This document shows positions 24,339-33,901 of a stretch of DNA of 35,250 nt, piece after piece. Below the pieces are notes generated by a model that was given only the letters and a program-made list of their open reading frames with translations, was not told where the DNA came from and searched no databases. Position 1 is the first letter of the stretch, and every line of letters starts with the position of its first letter. This DNA is from a bacterium. Lineage in GTDB: Bacteria > Margulisbacteria > WOR-1 > O2-12-FULL-45-9. The stretch covers positions 1 to 35,250 of the forward strand of contig JBDRMQ010000092.1 of NCBI GenBank assembly GCA_043811955.1, given 5' to 3'. The translations under genes were made by a program, and so were the position numbers.

Positions 24339-25478
24339 ATGTACTCCAGATTACTTAGGCCGCCGATAGACAAAAGCTTCTTTTTATTTGGCCCTCGTGG
24401 CACTGGAAAAACAACTTGGGTTAAAACAACTTTTCCAAAAGGCCTTTATTTAGACCTGCTTGAGGCCGAGCTGTTTAATGATCTTTTAGCAAACCCACAA
24501 AAGCTAGAATCTATTATCCCACAAGGCTTTAATGACTGGATAATTATTGATGAGGTGCAAAGGGTCCCAGCTTTGCTGAACGAAGTTCATAGATTAATTG
24601 AAAAGGAAAAGCATAAGTTTGTTTTGACGGGTTCGAGTGCTCGAAAACTCCGCCGGGGAGGAGAAAATTTATTGGCAGGGCGAGCCTTGACATATGCTAT
24701 GCATCCCTTAGCGGCGATAGAACTTAAAAATGATTTTGACTTAGATCATTCGCTTATGTATGGACAGCTTCCTAGCGCATACGCCGAGTCAGACCCCAAA
24801 GCGTATTTAGAAAGCTATGTTAAAACATATCTGGAAGAAGAAATTCAGCAAGAAGGCTTAACTAGAAATCTAGGGGCTTTTTCAAGGTTTTTGGAGGCGG
24901 CTAGCTTTTCTCAAGGCGCAGTTTTAAGCATTTCCTCTGTGGCTAGGGATTGCGCCGTGGAGAGAAAGGTTGTAGAGAATTATTTTAAAATTTTGGAAGA
25001 TTTATTAATTGCTTGCCGCCTACCAGCTTTTACCAAGAAAGCCAAAAGAAGAATTGTTAGTCATCCAAAATTTTATTTTTTTGATGTTGGAGTTTTTCGA
25101 ACTATCCGGCCATTGGGACCACTTGATAATCCAGAGGCGGTTGCAGGGCAGGCCTTTGAAAGCTTGGTTTTGCAGGAATTGCAAGCGATCAATGATATTT
25201 ATAAATTAGGCTATGAAATTTATTATTGGCGGACAGCAAACAACGCGGAAGTTGATTTTATCCTTTATGGGGAAAAAGGGCTCTTGGCGATTGAGGTAAA
25301 GCGCTCGGCGAAAGTATCTGGCTCAATGCTAAGCGGCTTGAAAGCTTTTAAGCGAGACTATCCTATGGCGCGATCAGTTCTGGTCTATGGAGGGAAACGA
25401 GAATTGCAAGAAGGGGACATTCGTGTTATCCCTGCCGAGAAATTTTTTCAAGAGTTGCCGTCAATCCTTTCTAAATAA
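24339..25478 (+). CDS. AAA+ ATPase (AAA_14) with DUF4143 / PD-(D/E)xK-like domain, copy 3
   Basis: GPRGTGKT, IIIDEVQ, TGSSARKLRR, LLAGR, C-terminal AEVDFIL...AIEVKRS. Confidence 0.85.
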   Translation: MYSRLLRPPIDKSFFLFGPRGTGKTTWVKTTFPKGLYLDLLEAELFNDLLANPQKLESIIPQGFNDWIIIDEVQRVPALLNEVHRLIEKEKHKFVLTGSSARKLRRGGENLLAGRALTYAMHPLAAIELKNDFDLDHSLMYGQLPSAYAESDPKAYLESYVKTYLEEEIQQEGLTRNLGAFSRFLEAASFSQGAVLSISSVARDCAVERKVVENYFKILEDLLIACRLPAFTKKAKRRIVSHPKFYFFDVGVFRTIRPLGPLDNPEAVAGQAFESLVLQELQAINDIYKLGYEIYYWRTANNAEVDFILYGEKGLLAIEVKRSAKVSGSMLSGLKAFKRDYPMARSVLVYGGKRELQEGDIRVIPAEKFFQELPSILSK

Positions 25479-25484
25479 CCACGT

Positions 25485-25531
25485 CGGCAGTTTATCCAAG
25501 ATAATGCTAAGTATGTGAAACGGCTGGATGT
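25485..25531. repeat. direct repeat R: orphan copy of the gyrB 3' end
   Basis: 25479-25535 reads cca cgt cgg cag ... gat gtg tga, which encodes PRRQFIQDNAKYVKRLDV-stop. This matches the real gyrB tail, with synonymous differences only. Confidence 0.9.
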
Positions 25532-25539
25532 GTGACCAA

Positions 25540-25962
25540 TTAGTTTAATTTTTTCCCGGCGAAAGCCAGGCAGTCGTCTTGATTAGGGAAGGTGAGGATG
25601 TCTATTATTTGTGCTTCAAACGGGAGCACCTTAAAGAGCCTTCCTGCCTCGTCCATAATATTTAATGGGATTTCCAGATCAAGCGTGTCAGGACCGTTTT
25701 TTGGTATTTTAAAAGTAAAGTAGCCAGGGAGCCCTCCCGCCAGCCCCTGTTTATTAACAATTGATAAGTTAATAATTACTAAGCCATGTCCCCCAAAAGC
25801 CGGAATTCCAGAAGCAGTATAAAGAATTGTAATTTTTGAGAATGAGCTGTTTACTGTTATCTCCGGGGGCCTAAGTTGAGAGACATAGGCTGGCTTACGC
25901 CCTCCCCTCCTGGGCCTAGGGATAATAATTGATCCTACCGGCAATCTATTAAATGATATCAT
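25540..25962 (-). CDS. hypothetical protein (140 aa)
   Basis: Only an ORF of reasonable length in an otherwise empty gyrB-gyrA spacer. No motif recognised and the SD is weak. Confidence 0.4.
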   Translation of the reverse strand: MISFNRLPVGSIIIPRPRRGGRKPAYVSQLRPPEITVNSSFSKITILYTASGIPAFGGHGLVIINLSIVNKQGLAGGLPGYFTFKIPKNGPDTLDLEIPLNIMDEAGRLFKVLPFEAQIIDILTFPNQDDCLAFAGKKLN

Positions 25963-26051
25963 TTCCTATTTGTCCGTGTTTTTGGCGGGAAATTTCACTA
26001 TTTTTGACCTGTTGCCGAGAGGCCTAGATAGTTGTATAATTAATAAGAATC

Positions 26052-28574
26052 ATGGAAAAAGAGAAGAAAGCCCGCGGGAAAAGTATCCCCAAACAAGACG
26101 AATCAAAGATCATCCCGGCTAGTTTAGAAGAGGAGATGAAGACCTCCTATATAGACTACTCAATGAGCGTTATCGTTGGTCGCGCCCTGCCAGATGTTCG
26201 TGACGGGCTCAAGCCGGTTCACCGCAGAATACTTTTTGCCATGGACGAGCTTGGGCTCCAGCCCAGCAAACCATACAAAAAATCCGCGAGAATCGTTGGT
26301 GAAGTTTTAGGTAAGTATCACCCTCACGGCGACACCGCTGTTTATGATTCCATGGTTCGCATGGCGCAAGCCTTCTCTTTGCGCTACATGTTGGTTGATG
26401 GTCAGGGCAACTTTGGTTCGGTTGATGGTGATTCTGCCGCAGCCATGCGTTACACAGAAGTCCGCCTGCATAAACACGCGGTTGAAATGCTCTGTGATAT
26501 TGGGAAAGAGACTGTTGATTTTGCCCCTAACTTTGACGAATCGCTAAGTGAGCCGGTTGTCTTGCCAGCCAAGCTTCCTAATTTACTAATTAATGGCTCG
26601 TCCGGCATCGCGGTTGGTATGGCCACAAATATCCCCCCCCACAATTTAGAAGAAGTTATTTCCGGGGTAGAGGCAGTGATTGCCAAGCCGGAAATCAGCA
26701 TTGATGAACTAAACAAAATTATCAAAGGACCAGATTTTCCAACAGGGGGTTATATTTGCGGGAGGGCAGGGGTCAAAAAAGCTTATCAAACCGGTCGCGG
26801 GGTCATTACCTTGCGAGCCAAGCATGATGTTGAAGAGGCCAAGGGGGGAAAACAAGCAATTATTGTGACGGAGCTCCCCTACCAGGTTAACAAGGCAACC
26901 TTGATAGAGCGAATAGCTGATCTTGTTAAGGATAAAAAGATTAAGGGGATCTCTGACCTGCGCGATGAATCTGACCGTGACGGGATGCGGATCTATATTG
27001 AGCTCAAAAAGGAGACCAACCCTGAAATCATCATAAACCAGCTTTACAAGCGCACAGAGCTGCAAACGACCTTTGGAATCAATATGGTCGCGCTAGTTAA
27101 CGGAACCCCGCTCCAGCTCAATTTAAAGCAGATATTAGAAGAGTATGTTAAACATCGCGAAGAGGTTGTCACGCGTCGGACAAAATTTGACTTAAAAAAA
27201 GCGGAAGACCAAGCCCACATCCTTGAAGGCTTGTTAATTGCCCTTCAAGATATTGACGGGGTTATCAAAATAATCAAAAAATCAAAGTCTGTTGACGAAG
27301 CCCGCGAAGGCTTGATGAAAAAATACAAGCTGTCTAAGATCCAGGCCCAGGCGATCCTGGATATGCGCTTGCAAAGACTGACTCAGCTGGAGACCGCTAA
27401 AATTGAGGAAGAATATAAAACGTTAAAGAAAAAAATTGCTGAATTAAAAGACATTTTAAGCAGCAAGAAAAAGCTTTTAAAGGTTGTGACTGACGAGCTG
27501 GAAGAAGTTAAAGAGAAATTTGCCGGTGGCCGCGAGACAAAAATTACCGGCGAGGCAGAAGAGATTGAAGAGGAGTCCTTGATTGAAGAGGCCGAGGTCT
27601 TGGTGATTATTACCCGCGATGGTTACATTAAACGGCTGCCCATCTCCAGTTTTAAAGCGCAAAAGAGGGGTGGTCGCGGGGTGGCGGGGATGGCGACCAG
27701 GGGAGAGGATGAAATTGACAAGCTCTTTACCTGTTCAACCCTATCTTTTATTTTATTCTTTACGAATAAGGGCCGGGTTTATAAGGTTAAAGCTTATGAG
27801 CTGCCAGAGACCTCAAGATCTGGCAAAGGGCAATCAATTGCCAATTTTCTAGAGCTAACCATGGGTGAAGTTATTACCGCGGCTGTTCCTGTTAGGGAAT
27901 TTGATCCCAAGATTGCTCTGGCAATGGCCACCAAGGCAGGGATGATCAAAAAAGTTACCCTGGAAGATTTTGCCAACATCCGCCGCTCAGGAATTATTGC
28001 TATTAAATTAAAAGGAAACGATGAATTGCGCTGGGTTAAGATGACCTCTGGCCAACAAGAAATTATTATGGTGACAGCTAAAGGGCTGATGATCCGTTTT
28101 AATGAAAGTTACGTCCGGCCAATGGGACGATCTGCTTCCGGGGTGCGTGGGATTAGGTTAGGAAAAGACGATAAGGTTGTCTCCATGGATATTATTAAAC
28201 AAGGGGATGATTTATTGGCTGTTTCTAAAAATGGCTACGGCAAGCGCATGGCGATTAAAGAGTTTGGCGCCCAGAGCCGAGGGGGCAAGGGGCACATCGC
28301 GATGAAGCTGCGCCAGGATGACGAAGTCGCCAAGATGGTCTTGCTGCAAAAAGATGACGAACTTCTTTTTGTAACTGGCAAGGGGACAATGATGCGCCAA
28401 GAAGCAAAAGGAATTTCTACCCAAGGCCGTTATGCAAAAGGGGTCCGCCTCGTTCGCCTGGATGCCGGCGACTACCTCGCAGACTTAGCCAGTGTTGTTA
28501 AAGAAGATGAAGTAGCCGAAGAAGTCGCGGAGGCTGTGGCTGAGGTTGGAAAAGAAGAGACGAAGAAGACGTAA
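26052..28574 (+). CDS. gyrA: DNA gyrase subunit A
   Basis: [16 protein letters not shown], the catalytic-Tyr context AAMRYTE, C-terminal beta-pinwheel repeats, and an acidic tail. Confidence 0.95.
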   Translation: MEKEKKARGKSIPKQDESKIIPASLEEEMKTSYIDYSMSVIVGRALPDVRDGLKPVHRRILFAMDELGLQPSKPYKKSARIVGEVLGKYHPHGDTAVYDSMVRMAQAFSLRYMLVDGQGNFGSVDGDSAAAMRYTEVRLHKHAVEMLCDIGKETVDFAPNFDESLSEPVVLPAKLPNLLINGSSGIAVGMATNIPPHNLEEVISGVEAVIAKPEISIDELNKIIKGPDFPTGGYICGRAGVKKAYQTGRGVITLRAKHDVEEAKGGKQAIIVTELPYQVNKATLIERIADLVKDKKIKGISDLRDESDRDGMRIYIELKKETNPEIIINQLYKRTELQTTFGINMVALVNGTPLQLNLKQILEEYVKHREEVVTRRTKFDLKKAEDQAHILEGLLIALQDIDGVIKIIKKSKSVDEAREGLMKKYKLSKIQAQAILDMRLQRLTQLETAKIEEEYKTLKKKIAELKDILSSKKKLLKVVTDELEEVKEKFAGGRETKITGEAEEIEEESLIEEAEVLVIITRDGYIKRLPISSFKAQKRGGRGVAGMATRGEDEIDKLFTCSTLSFILFFTNKGRVYKVKAYELPETSRSGKGQSIANFLELTMGEVITAAVPVREFDPKIALAMATKAGMIKKVTLEDFANIRRSGIIAIKLKGNDELRWVKMTSGQQEIIMVTAKGLMIRFNESYVRPMGRSASGVRGIRLGKDDKVVSMDIIKQGDDLLAVSKNGYGKRMAIKEFGAQSRGGKGHIAMKLRQDDEVAKMVLLQKDDELLFVTGKGTMMRQEAKGISTQGRYAKGVRLVRLDAGDYLADLASVVKEDEVAEEVAEAVAEVGKEETKKT

Positions 28575-29000
28575 CTAGCCCCACAACGGTAAGCCGGTCT
28601 CTTGATCTTTCCCGCGTTTTAATTCAGCCCCAACATATTCTTGAATCTGAAATTCCGCAGCAAAGATTTTTGTCCCGGGCATGAGGTGGCCGCCAAAAGC
28701 TTTTCCTTCAAAATCTGCGAAAACAATATGCGCATGGACCATGATTTTATTATCTTTCAGCGAGATGTTTCCTGAGCATGAGGCGATTTCCAGCTTTTTG
28801 TTTAACTCAACACAACCGTCATATTTTTGGAGCTCCTGATTGTAGTAGCCAAGCTTGGCCCCCTTAACCGCGCCGATTAGGTTAAATGTCCCCAACTTAA
28901 TCTTTTGTTCTTGGCAGAAATTTGTCAGGGCTTCCAGCAAATCATCATTATGCTTTAAGCGGCCGATGAAAGACCGAGCTGGGTTTGGCTGGATGTGCAT
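28575..29000 (-). CDS. PPC (DUF296) domain protein
   Basis: GRLKHNDDLLEALTNFC...GTFNLIGAVKGAKLGYY...HAHIVFAD...GGHL is the typical PPC/DUF296 layout. Confidence 0.7.
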   Translation of the reverse strand: MHIQPNPARSFIGRLKHNDDLLEALTNFCQEQKIKLGTFNLIGAVKGAKLGYYNQELQKYDGCVELNKKLEIASCSGNISLKDNKIMVHAHIVFADFEGKAFGGHLMPGTKIFAAEFQIQEYVGAELKRGKDQETGLPLWG

Positions 29001-29002
29001 AA

Positions 29003-30262
29003 TTAAAGGGCTTTTGCTAGCTTATCCAGCGCTTCTTTTTTCACCAACTCTGTCACACAAATCAGACGACAACCTTTTAGGTCGGGGTAAAAGGGTGCGA
29101 GATCAAACCCAACAGGCTTGTCTGTTTTGATGATGAATTCTTTAAAGGTTGGGGATGAGGGGTGGGCGATGAGGTGTGGGGGGAGTTTTTTCTTTAGATA
29201 ATTTGCTTTTTGCAGACAAAGCTCAGCGACTTTTCGCAGACCTTGTTTGCCCATCACGCTTAAATAAACTGTGGCAGCCAGGGCAGCTAAGGCTTCGTTG
29301 CTGCAAATGTTTGAAGTCGCTTTTTCGCGGCGGATGTGTTGCTCGCGAGTTTGCAAGGTCAGACAAAAAGCTCGTTTGCCTTCAATATCGGAAGTCATCC
29401 CAACTACGCGCCCGGGAATATTTCTAACATATTTTTGTTTAACTGCGAAAATTCCTAATCCCGGGCCACCAAAGTTTTGCGGGTTACCAAGGGATTGGCC
29501 TTCGCCAACAACAATGTCTGCCCCGTAATCACCAGGGGCCTTTAAAATTCCCAGCGATATCGGATCTGCGCTTACTATAAATAGTGAGCCATTTTTGTGC
29601 AGCTCGTCGGCTAGGCCCGTGACTTGTTCAATATCGCCGAAGAAGTTTGGTTGTTGGATTATTAGGCAGGAGCTATCAGATGTGAGTTGTGAGTCGTGAG
29701 GGGTGAGGCCCTTTTCATCATAGGGAATTTCTTTGACAACTAGGTCGGCGCCGGAGGCATAGGTTTTAAGGACTGCGCGGTAGTTGGGATTAACTGTTTG
29801 CGAAACTAAGATTTCTTTCCGCTTGGTTGCGCGGCAAGCAAGCAAGGCGGCTTCTGCCAGGGCGGTGGCCCCATCATACATTGAAGCATTGGCCGCATCC
29901 ATTCCTGTCAGCTCGCAAATCATGGTTTGGTATTCGTAGATTGCCTGGAGAATCCCTTGACTGATCTCGGCCTGGTAAGGGGTATAAGCTGTATAAAACT
30001 CAGAACGGGAAAGAATGTGCTTGACTACGCTAGGGATAAAGTGATTATAGCTGCCAGCCCCCAGAAAGGAAGAGGAACAGGAAGAGGACAGCCTTTTTAA
30101 TTCCTCAAGTAGTTCTGGTTCACTCAGTGGCTTTGGAAGATCAAGCGGCCCTTTCAAGCGAACTTTTTCAGGAATGTCTTGGAATAATTCTGCAAGTGCC
30201 TTTTTGCCAATAGCTTGCAGGAGTTCTTTTTGGTCTTGTTCGGTATTTGGTACGTAGGACAC
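29003..30262 (-). CDS. gcvPA: glycine dehydrogenase (aminomethyl-transferring) subunit 1
   Basis: YVPNTEQDQKELL, FLGAGSYNHFIP, YTPYQAEISQG. Operon context with gcvH and gcvT. Confidence 0.88.
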   Translation of the reverse strand: MSYVPNTEQDQKELLQAIGKKALAELFQDIPEKVRLKGPLDLPKPLSEPELLEELKRLSSSCSSSFLGAGSYNHFIPSVVKHILSRSEFYTAYTPYQAEISQGILQAIYEYQTMICELTGMDAANASMYDGATALAEAALLACRATKRKEILVSQTVNPNYRAVLKTYASGADLVVKEIPYDEKGLTPHDSQLTSDSSCLIIQQPNFFGDIEQVTGLADELHKNGSLFIVSADPISLGILKAPGDYGADIVVGEGQSLGNPQNFGGPGLGIFAVKQKYVRNIPGRVVGMTSDIEGKRAFCLTLQTREQHIRREKATSNICSNEALAALAATVYLSVMGKQGLRKVAELCLQKANYLKKKLPPHLIAHPSSPTFKEFIIKTDKPVGFDLAPFYPDLKGCRLICVTELVKKEALDKLAKAL

Positions 30263-30263
30263 G

Positions 30264-30650
30264 TTAACCTGCTAAAATTCCTTGATAGTCAGTCCCGGAA
30301 AGAAGTTGTCCAGCCTCGGGAGGGTTTGACATTTCAATTTTGATCATCCAAGCTTGGTAAGGATCTTTATTAACCGCTTGCGGTGAGCTGCTTAGCTCTG
30401 TGTTAACTTCAACAACTTTGCCAGAAACAGGGGCATACAGAGAAGAAACCGACTTAACAGACTCAACTACGCCAAACTCTTCCCCAGTCTTTACTTCTTT
30501 GCCAGCCGCCGGGAGCTCAACATAGACAATGTCTCCTAGCTGATCTTGGGCAAAGGCAGAGATCCCGATTGTTGCTATGTTCCCTTCAATTTTTGCCCAC
30601 TCGTGGTCTTTGGTATACTTTAAACTTTCTGGGATTTTTATTTCGCTCAT
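30264..30650 (-). CDS. gcvH: glycine cleavage system H protein
   Basis: YTKDHEWAK...GDIVYVELP...VESVKSVS (lipoyl-lysine motif). Confidence 0.92.
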   Translation of the reverse strand: MSEIKIPESLKYTKDHEWAKIEGNIATIGISAFAQDQLGDIVYVELPAAGKEVKTGEEFGVVESVKSVSSLYAPVSGKVVEVNTELSSSPQAVNKDPYQAWMIKIEMSNPPEAGQLLSGTDYQGILAG

Positions 30651-30970
30651 GATTGAGCCTCCAATTTGTTTACTGTAAATCGACAGTAAGCAAAAATTAC
30701 TCCGCCAATAATGACCCTAGCCAAACTATCCCAAAAACGGTCAGAAAGCATCTTGCTTTGATAGTAAGTGTCAAAAAGCTGCTCGCTTTTTTCTGGCGAC
30801 AAAGCATTTTCTTCTACCGGCATTTCCATGGTTGTTTCGCTCCCGCGAATTTTTAGTAAGCCGACTGAGGTGCTTGCTAGGTCAACCATCCCCCACATCA
30901 AGACAAAGAAGGCCATGACGCAAATTACATAATAATAGACTTTTTTGTGATCAAGATTACTTAGCGGCAT
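30647..30970 (-). CDS. small membrane protein (107 aa, 2 predicted TM) inside the gcv operon
   Basis: Hydrophobic segments YYYVICVMAFFVLMWGMV and VIIGGVIFAY. 4-nt overlap with the gcvH start. Confidence 0.5.
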   Translation of the reverse strand: MPLSNLDHKKVYYYVICVMAFFVLMWGMVDLASTSVGLLKIRGSETTMEMPVEENALSPEKSEQLFDTYYQSKMLSDRFWDSLARVIIGGVIFAYCRFTVNKLEAQS

Positions 30971-30991
30971 GCTTCCACCCCCAAGGTTATT

Positions 30992-32041
30992 CTAGCGCTT
31001 GTAAAAGTTTTTCGCAACAACTTTGGCGGCTAGTTTTTGTCCGCGAACCTCGACCAGAAGGTCTGTTTTGTCTAAATCAGAGAGCATCGCCAAGGCGATC
31101 GGTTTTTTTAACGTTGGGGAGAAGGTCCCGCTAGTAACTTTGCCGGCTGGGGCTAGATTAGCAAAGATTTTGCTCCCTTCTCTAGCAATTGCCCGAGAGT
31201 CAAGCTCGAGGCCAACAAGTTTTTTCTTGAGCCCTTTTTCTTTTTCTTGAAGAAGAGCTGCCCGGCCAATAAAGTCGCCTTTATCAAATTTAACAGCCCA
31301 GCTGTAGCCTACTTCTAGCGGAGAGGTCTCTTCGTCATATTCATGTCCATAAAGAGGAAGGCCTGCCTCCAGCCGCAGGGTGTCTCGAGCCCCTAGACCG
31401 CAAGGTTTTGCCCCAGCCTTAATAAGGGTTTCCCAAACCTTGGGGGCATCGCTCTTTTTGACAATGAGCTCTAAACCATCTTCGCCAGTGTAGCCTGTGC
31501 GCGAGATCATGCTTTCTCCTAGCCAGGCAACATGATTTCGCTTTAAGCTGGTTAGGTCAACATTAAAGACTTTGCCAACAACGACATTGGACATCGAACC
31601 TTGGACAGAGAGCATGCAGAGGTTTTCACTCAGGGAAATTTCTACTTGGGAAAAACTTTTAACTTGGGATTTTAACCAGTTTAAAACCTTGTTGGTATTA
31701 CAAGCATTGCAAACAATTAAATAGTTGGCAGGCAAACGATAGACTAAAATGTCATCAATTGTCCCGCCTTGTTCATTACATAAGATAGAATACTGACATT
31801 GATTTTCGCTTAGTTTTGACACATCATTGGTAGCTACTTTTTGGATAAAGGAAAGGGCGTCGCTCCCCTCAATTTTGATCAGTCCCATATGGCCAGTATC
31901 AAAAAGACCGGCAGAGGTGCGCACGGCATTGTGTTCTTCAATAATACTATTATATGACACTGGCATTTCCCAGCCGGCAAAAGGGACCATTTTTGCGCCA
32001 AGGGCTTTGTGGGCTTGATTTAGCGGAGTTTGTTTGAGCAT
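30992..32041 (-). CDS. gcvT: glycine cleavage system aminomethyltransferase T
   Basis: TPLNQAHKALGAKMVPFAGWEMPVSY, GLFDTGHMG, RTGYTGEDG, RDTLRLEAG. Confidence 0.92.
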   Translation of the reverse strand: MLKQTPLNQAHKALGAKMVPFAGWEMPVSYNSIIEEHNAVRTSAGLFDTGHMGLIKIEGSDALSFIQKVATNDVSKLSENQCQYSILCNEQGGTIDDILVYRLPANYLIVCNACNTNKVLNWLKSQVKSFSQVEISLSENLCMLSVQGSMSNVVVGKVFNVDLTSLKRNHVAWLGESMISRTGYTGEDGLELIVKKSDAPKVWETLIKAGAKPCGLGARDTLRLEAGLPLYGHEYDEETSPLEVGYSWAVKFDKGDFIGRAALLQEKEKGLKKKLVGLELDSRAIAREGSKIFANLAPAGKVTSGTFSPTLKKPIALAMLSDLDKTDLLVEVRGQKLAAKVVAKNFYKR

Positions 32042-32047
32042 GAAATC

Positions 32048-32076
32048 ATTATATACAATTTTATATAAAAAGTGAA
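32048..32076 (-). promoter_or_regulatory. candidate gcvT promoter, leaderless-type
   Basis: The minus strand has TATAAT (32053-32048), then 6 nt (gatttc) and the ATG at 32041. The -35 is weak (TTCACT at 32076-32071). Confidence 0.4.
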
Positions 32077-32103
32077 ATTTTCTTTGTCATTTTTTGATAA
32101 TTA

Positions 32104-32249
32104 GGAAAGAGAGCTCCGAAAAAGTTGATTTTGGAACCTGAGAATGAAATTCTCGGTTCCAAAATACAAATTGCTCTCGACGAGAAAAGGAACCGAGGCT
32201 TTTAGCCTCAGGTTCCGAACCCTTAATTTTTCGGAGTTCTCGGAAAGAG
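32104..32249. repeat. hairpin-rich palindromic, MITE-like element flanked by 8-nt direct repeats
   Basis: GGAAAGAG at 32104-32111 and again at 32242-32249. Inverted termini are ctccgaaaaa (32114-32123) and tttttcggag (32227-32236). Internal hairpins lie at 32133-32160 and 32189-32216, both of the form GGAACC...GGTTCC. The central palindrome tctcgAcgaga is at 32175-32185. Confidence 0.6.
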
Positions 32250-32258
32250 GAAATAATC

Positions 32259-32837
32259 ATGGATATGCTTAGGCAGCTAAATGTTTTGAGGAAGAAAGCT
32301 TTTTGTGCGGCAGGGAAGCCTCCTATTTATGTCGAGCTAGGTTGTGGGAAGGGCGATTTTGCGATGGATCTTTCAAAACAAGAAAGAAAATGGGTTGTTG
32401 GGATCGATGAGTGCCCAGGCCTTGCTGAAAGTTCTTTGTCTCGTTATGCTCGGGCGGTGCAATTTCTTTTATTAGAGGTGTCGTATGAAGAGTGGATTAA
32501 AGGAACTCTGCCAAAAAAAGAAATGGGCCTTGCTTTTTTTGCAGGGAGAGCCAGCAAAGCATTTATGATAATGCCCTTTGCCCTTCCGCAAAATAGGGAT
32601 TTTTCTTTGGAAATAGCTATTTGGCAAGCACTGGCCAGCAAGGACAGCGAATTGCATATTCGGACCGAAGTGCCAGTGATTAAGAAATATTTCCAACAGG
32701 CCTTTTTAAAAGCAGGACTTTCGGTGCGGGAAATCCCTTTTGCTCAAGAGGCAAAAGAAATCCCCTCTCTTTCAACAAATCTTATTCGGGACAAAAGAGG
32801 GCTGACAATTTATGACTTTGCCTTTAAGCTGTGTTAA
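32259..32837 (+). CDS. class I SAM-dependent methyltransferase, TrmB-like
   Basis: IYVELGCGKGDFAMDLS...VVGIDE is motif I plus the acidic beta2 end, as in tRNA (m7G46) methyltransferases. ELHIRTE resembles the TrmB TD motif region. Moderate confidence only. Confidence 0.55.
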   Translation: MDMLRQLNVLRKKAFCAAGKPPIYVELGCGKGDFAMDLSKQERKWVVGIDECPGLAESSLSRYARAVQFLLLEVSYEEWIKGTLPKKEMGLAFFAGRASKAFMIMPFALPQNRDFSLEIAIWQALASKDSELHIRTEVPVIKKYFQQAFLKAGLSVREIPFAQEAKEIPSLSTNLIRDKRGLTIYDFAFKLC

Positions 32838-33901
32838 ATAAGCGTTTTCATAAGAGCGATAAACTTCTCATTCTGCTCGGTCGTCCCAATTGAAACGCGG
32901 ATAGCTTCTGGCAAACCAAAAGAGGTCAGCGGGCGAATAATTACCCCTTGTTTCATCATTTGCAGAAACAACTCATCAGAGGGTCGTTTGACGTCGATAA
33001 AAATAAAATTTGATTCTGTTTTTTTGTACTCAAGGCTTAATTTATCAAGTTCTGCATAGAGATATTTTTTTCCTTCAAGATTGTTCTGGTAAGTTTTGTC
33101 GAGAAAAGACTTGTCACCGAGTGCAGCCAGCGCTCCTGTTTGAGCCAACCGGTTAACATTAAACGGGGGTTTAACGCGGAACATAAACTTTATAAGCTCT
33201 GGCGGCGCTATGCCGTAGCCAACCCGCAGGCCTGCCAGCCCATGATATTTTGAAAAAGTTCTAAGGACGAGGACGTTTCTGCGTTGCTTTACCATGGCAA
33301 GGGTATTAGGAAATTCTTTTCCCTCAACAAACTCAACATAAGCCTCGTCAATGATAACTAAAACATTGGCAGGAACTTTTGCCAAAAAGGCCCCAAGCTT
33401 AGCCGCAGAAATCATGGTCCCGGTTGGATTGTGCGGATTACAGACGAAGATCAACTTAGTCTTTGCTGTGATAGCTGCGGCCATGGCCTCCAAGTCTTGT
33501 TCATTATCTTTTAAAGGGACAATAATTGGCTGGCCATCAAAAAGTTGGGCGAAAAGTTCGTAAAGACTAAAGGTATGGGCAGGGATAATTACCTCCTCGC
33601 CAGGCTTTAGGAAGGTTGTCGCGGCAATTTGCATAATTTCGTCAGAGCCATTCCCTATAATAATGTTATCTTCTTTGACCTTTAAGGCTTTAGCCAAAGC
33701 TTCGCGCAAGAGAATAGATTTTTGGTCAGGGTACATTTGTAGATTGCTCGATGCCTTGGCAATGGCCTCAAGTGCCATTGGGGAGGGGCCAAAGGGATTT
33801 TCGTTTGAAGCCAGCTTAATTACGCCAGGTTTTTGCGGGTTTTGGCCAGGGACATAATCTTTGATATTCTTAACCGCGGTCCGGATAAACTCATCTAACA
33901 T
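32834..33901 (-). CDS. hisC: histidinol-phosphate aminotransferase
   Basis: LASNENPFGPSP, NPHNPTG, DEAYVEF, and RTFSKYHGLAGLRVGY (PLP lysine). Confidence 0.9.
   Translation of the reverse strand: MLDEFIRTAVKNIKDYVPGQNPQKPGVIKLASNENPFGPSPMALEAIAKASSNLQMYPDQKSILLREALAKALKVKEDNIIIGNGSDEIMQIAATTFLKPGEEVIIPAHTFSLYELFAQLFDGQPIIVPLKDNEQDLEAMAAAITAKTKLIFVCNPHNPTGTMISAAKLGAFLAKVPANVLVIIDEAYVEFVEGKEFPNTLAMVKQRRNVLVLRTFSKYHGLAGLRVGYGIAPPELIKFMFRVKPPFNVNRLAQTGALAALGDKSFLDKTYQNNLEGKKYLYAELDKLSLEYKKTESNFIFIDVKRPSDELFLQMMKQGVIIRPLTSFGLPEAIRVSIGTTEQNEKFIALMKTLI

Larger units (their letters stand above)
24278..25484 (+). mobile_element. single-gene ATPase-nuclease cassette inserted at the gyrB 3' end; no recombinase
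   Basis: Promoter plus one ORF, bracketed by the duplicated gyrB tail. Confidence 0.5.

Noticed and set aside
32042-32258. Glycine riboswitch upstream of gcvT
   Set aside because: I read the minus strand for the conserved GGAGAG, ACCGAAGG(G/A)GCAA and CUCAGGCAAAAGGAC cores. Only vague resemblances appear (CUGAGGCUAAAAGCC). There is no terminator or anti-terminator platform, and a TATAAT box sits 6 nt from the ATG, which leaves no 5' UTR. An Infernal scan with RF00504 would be decisive.
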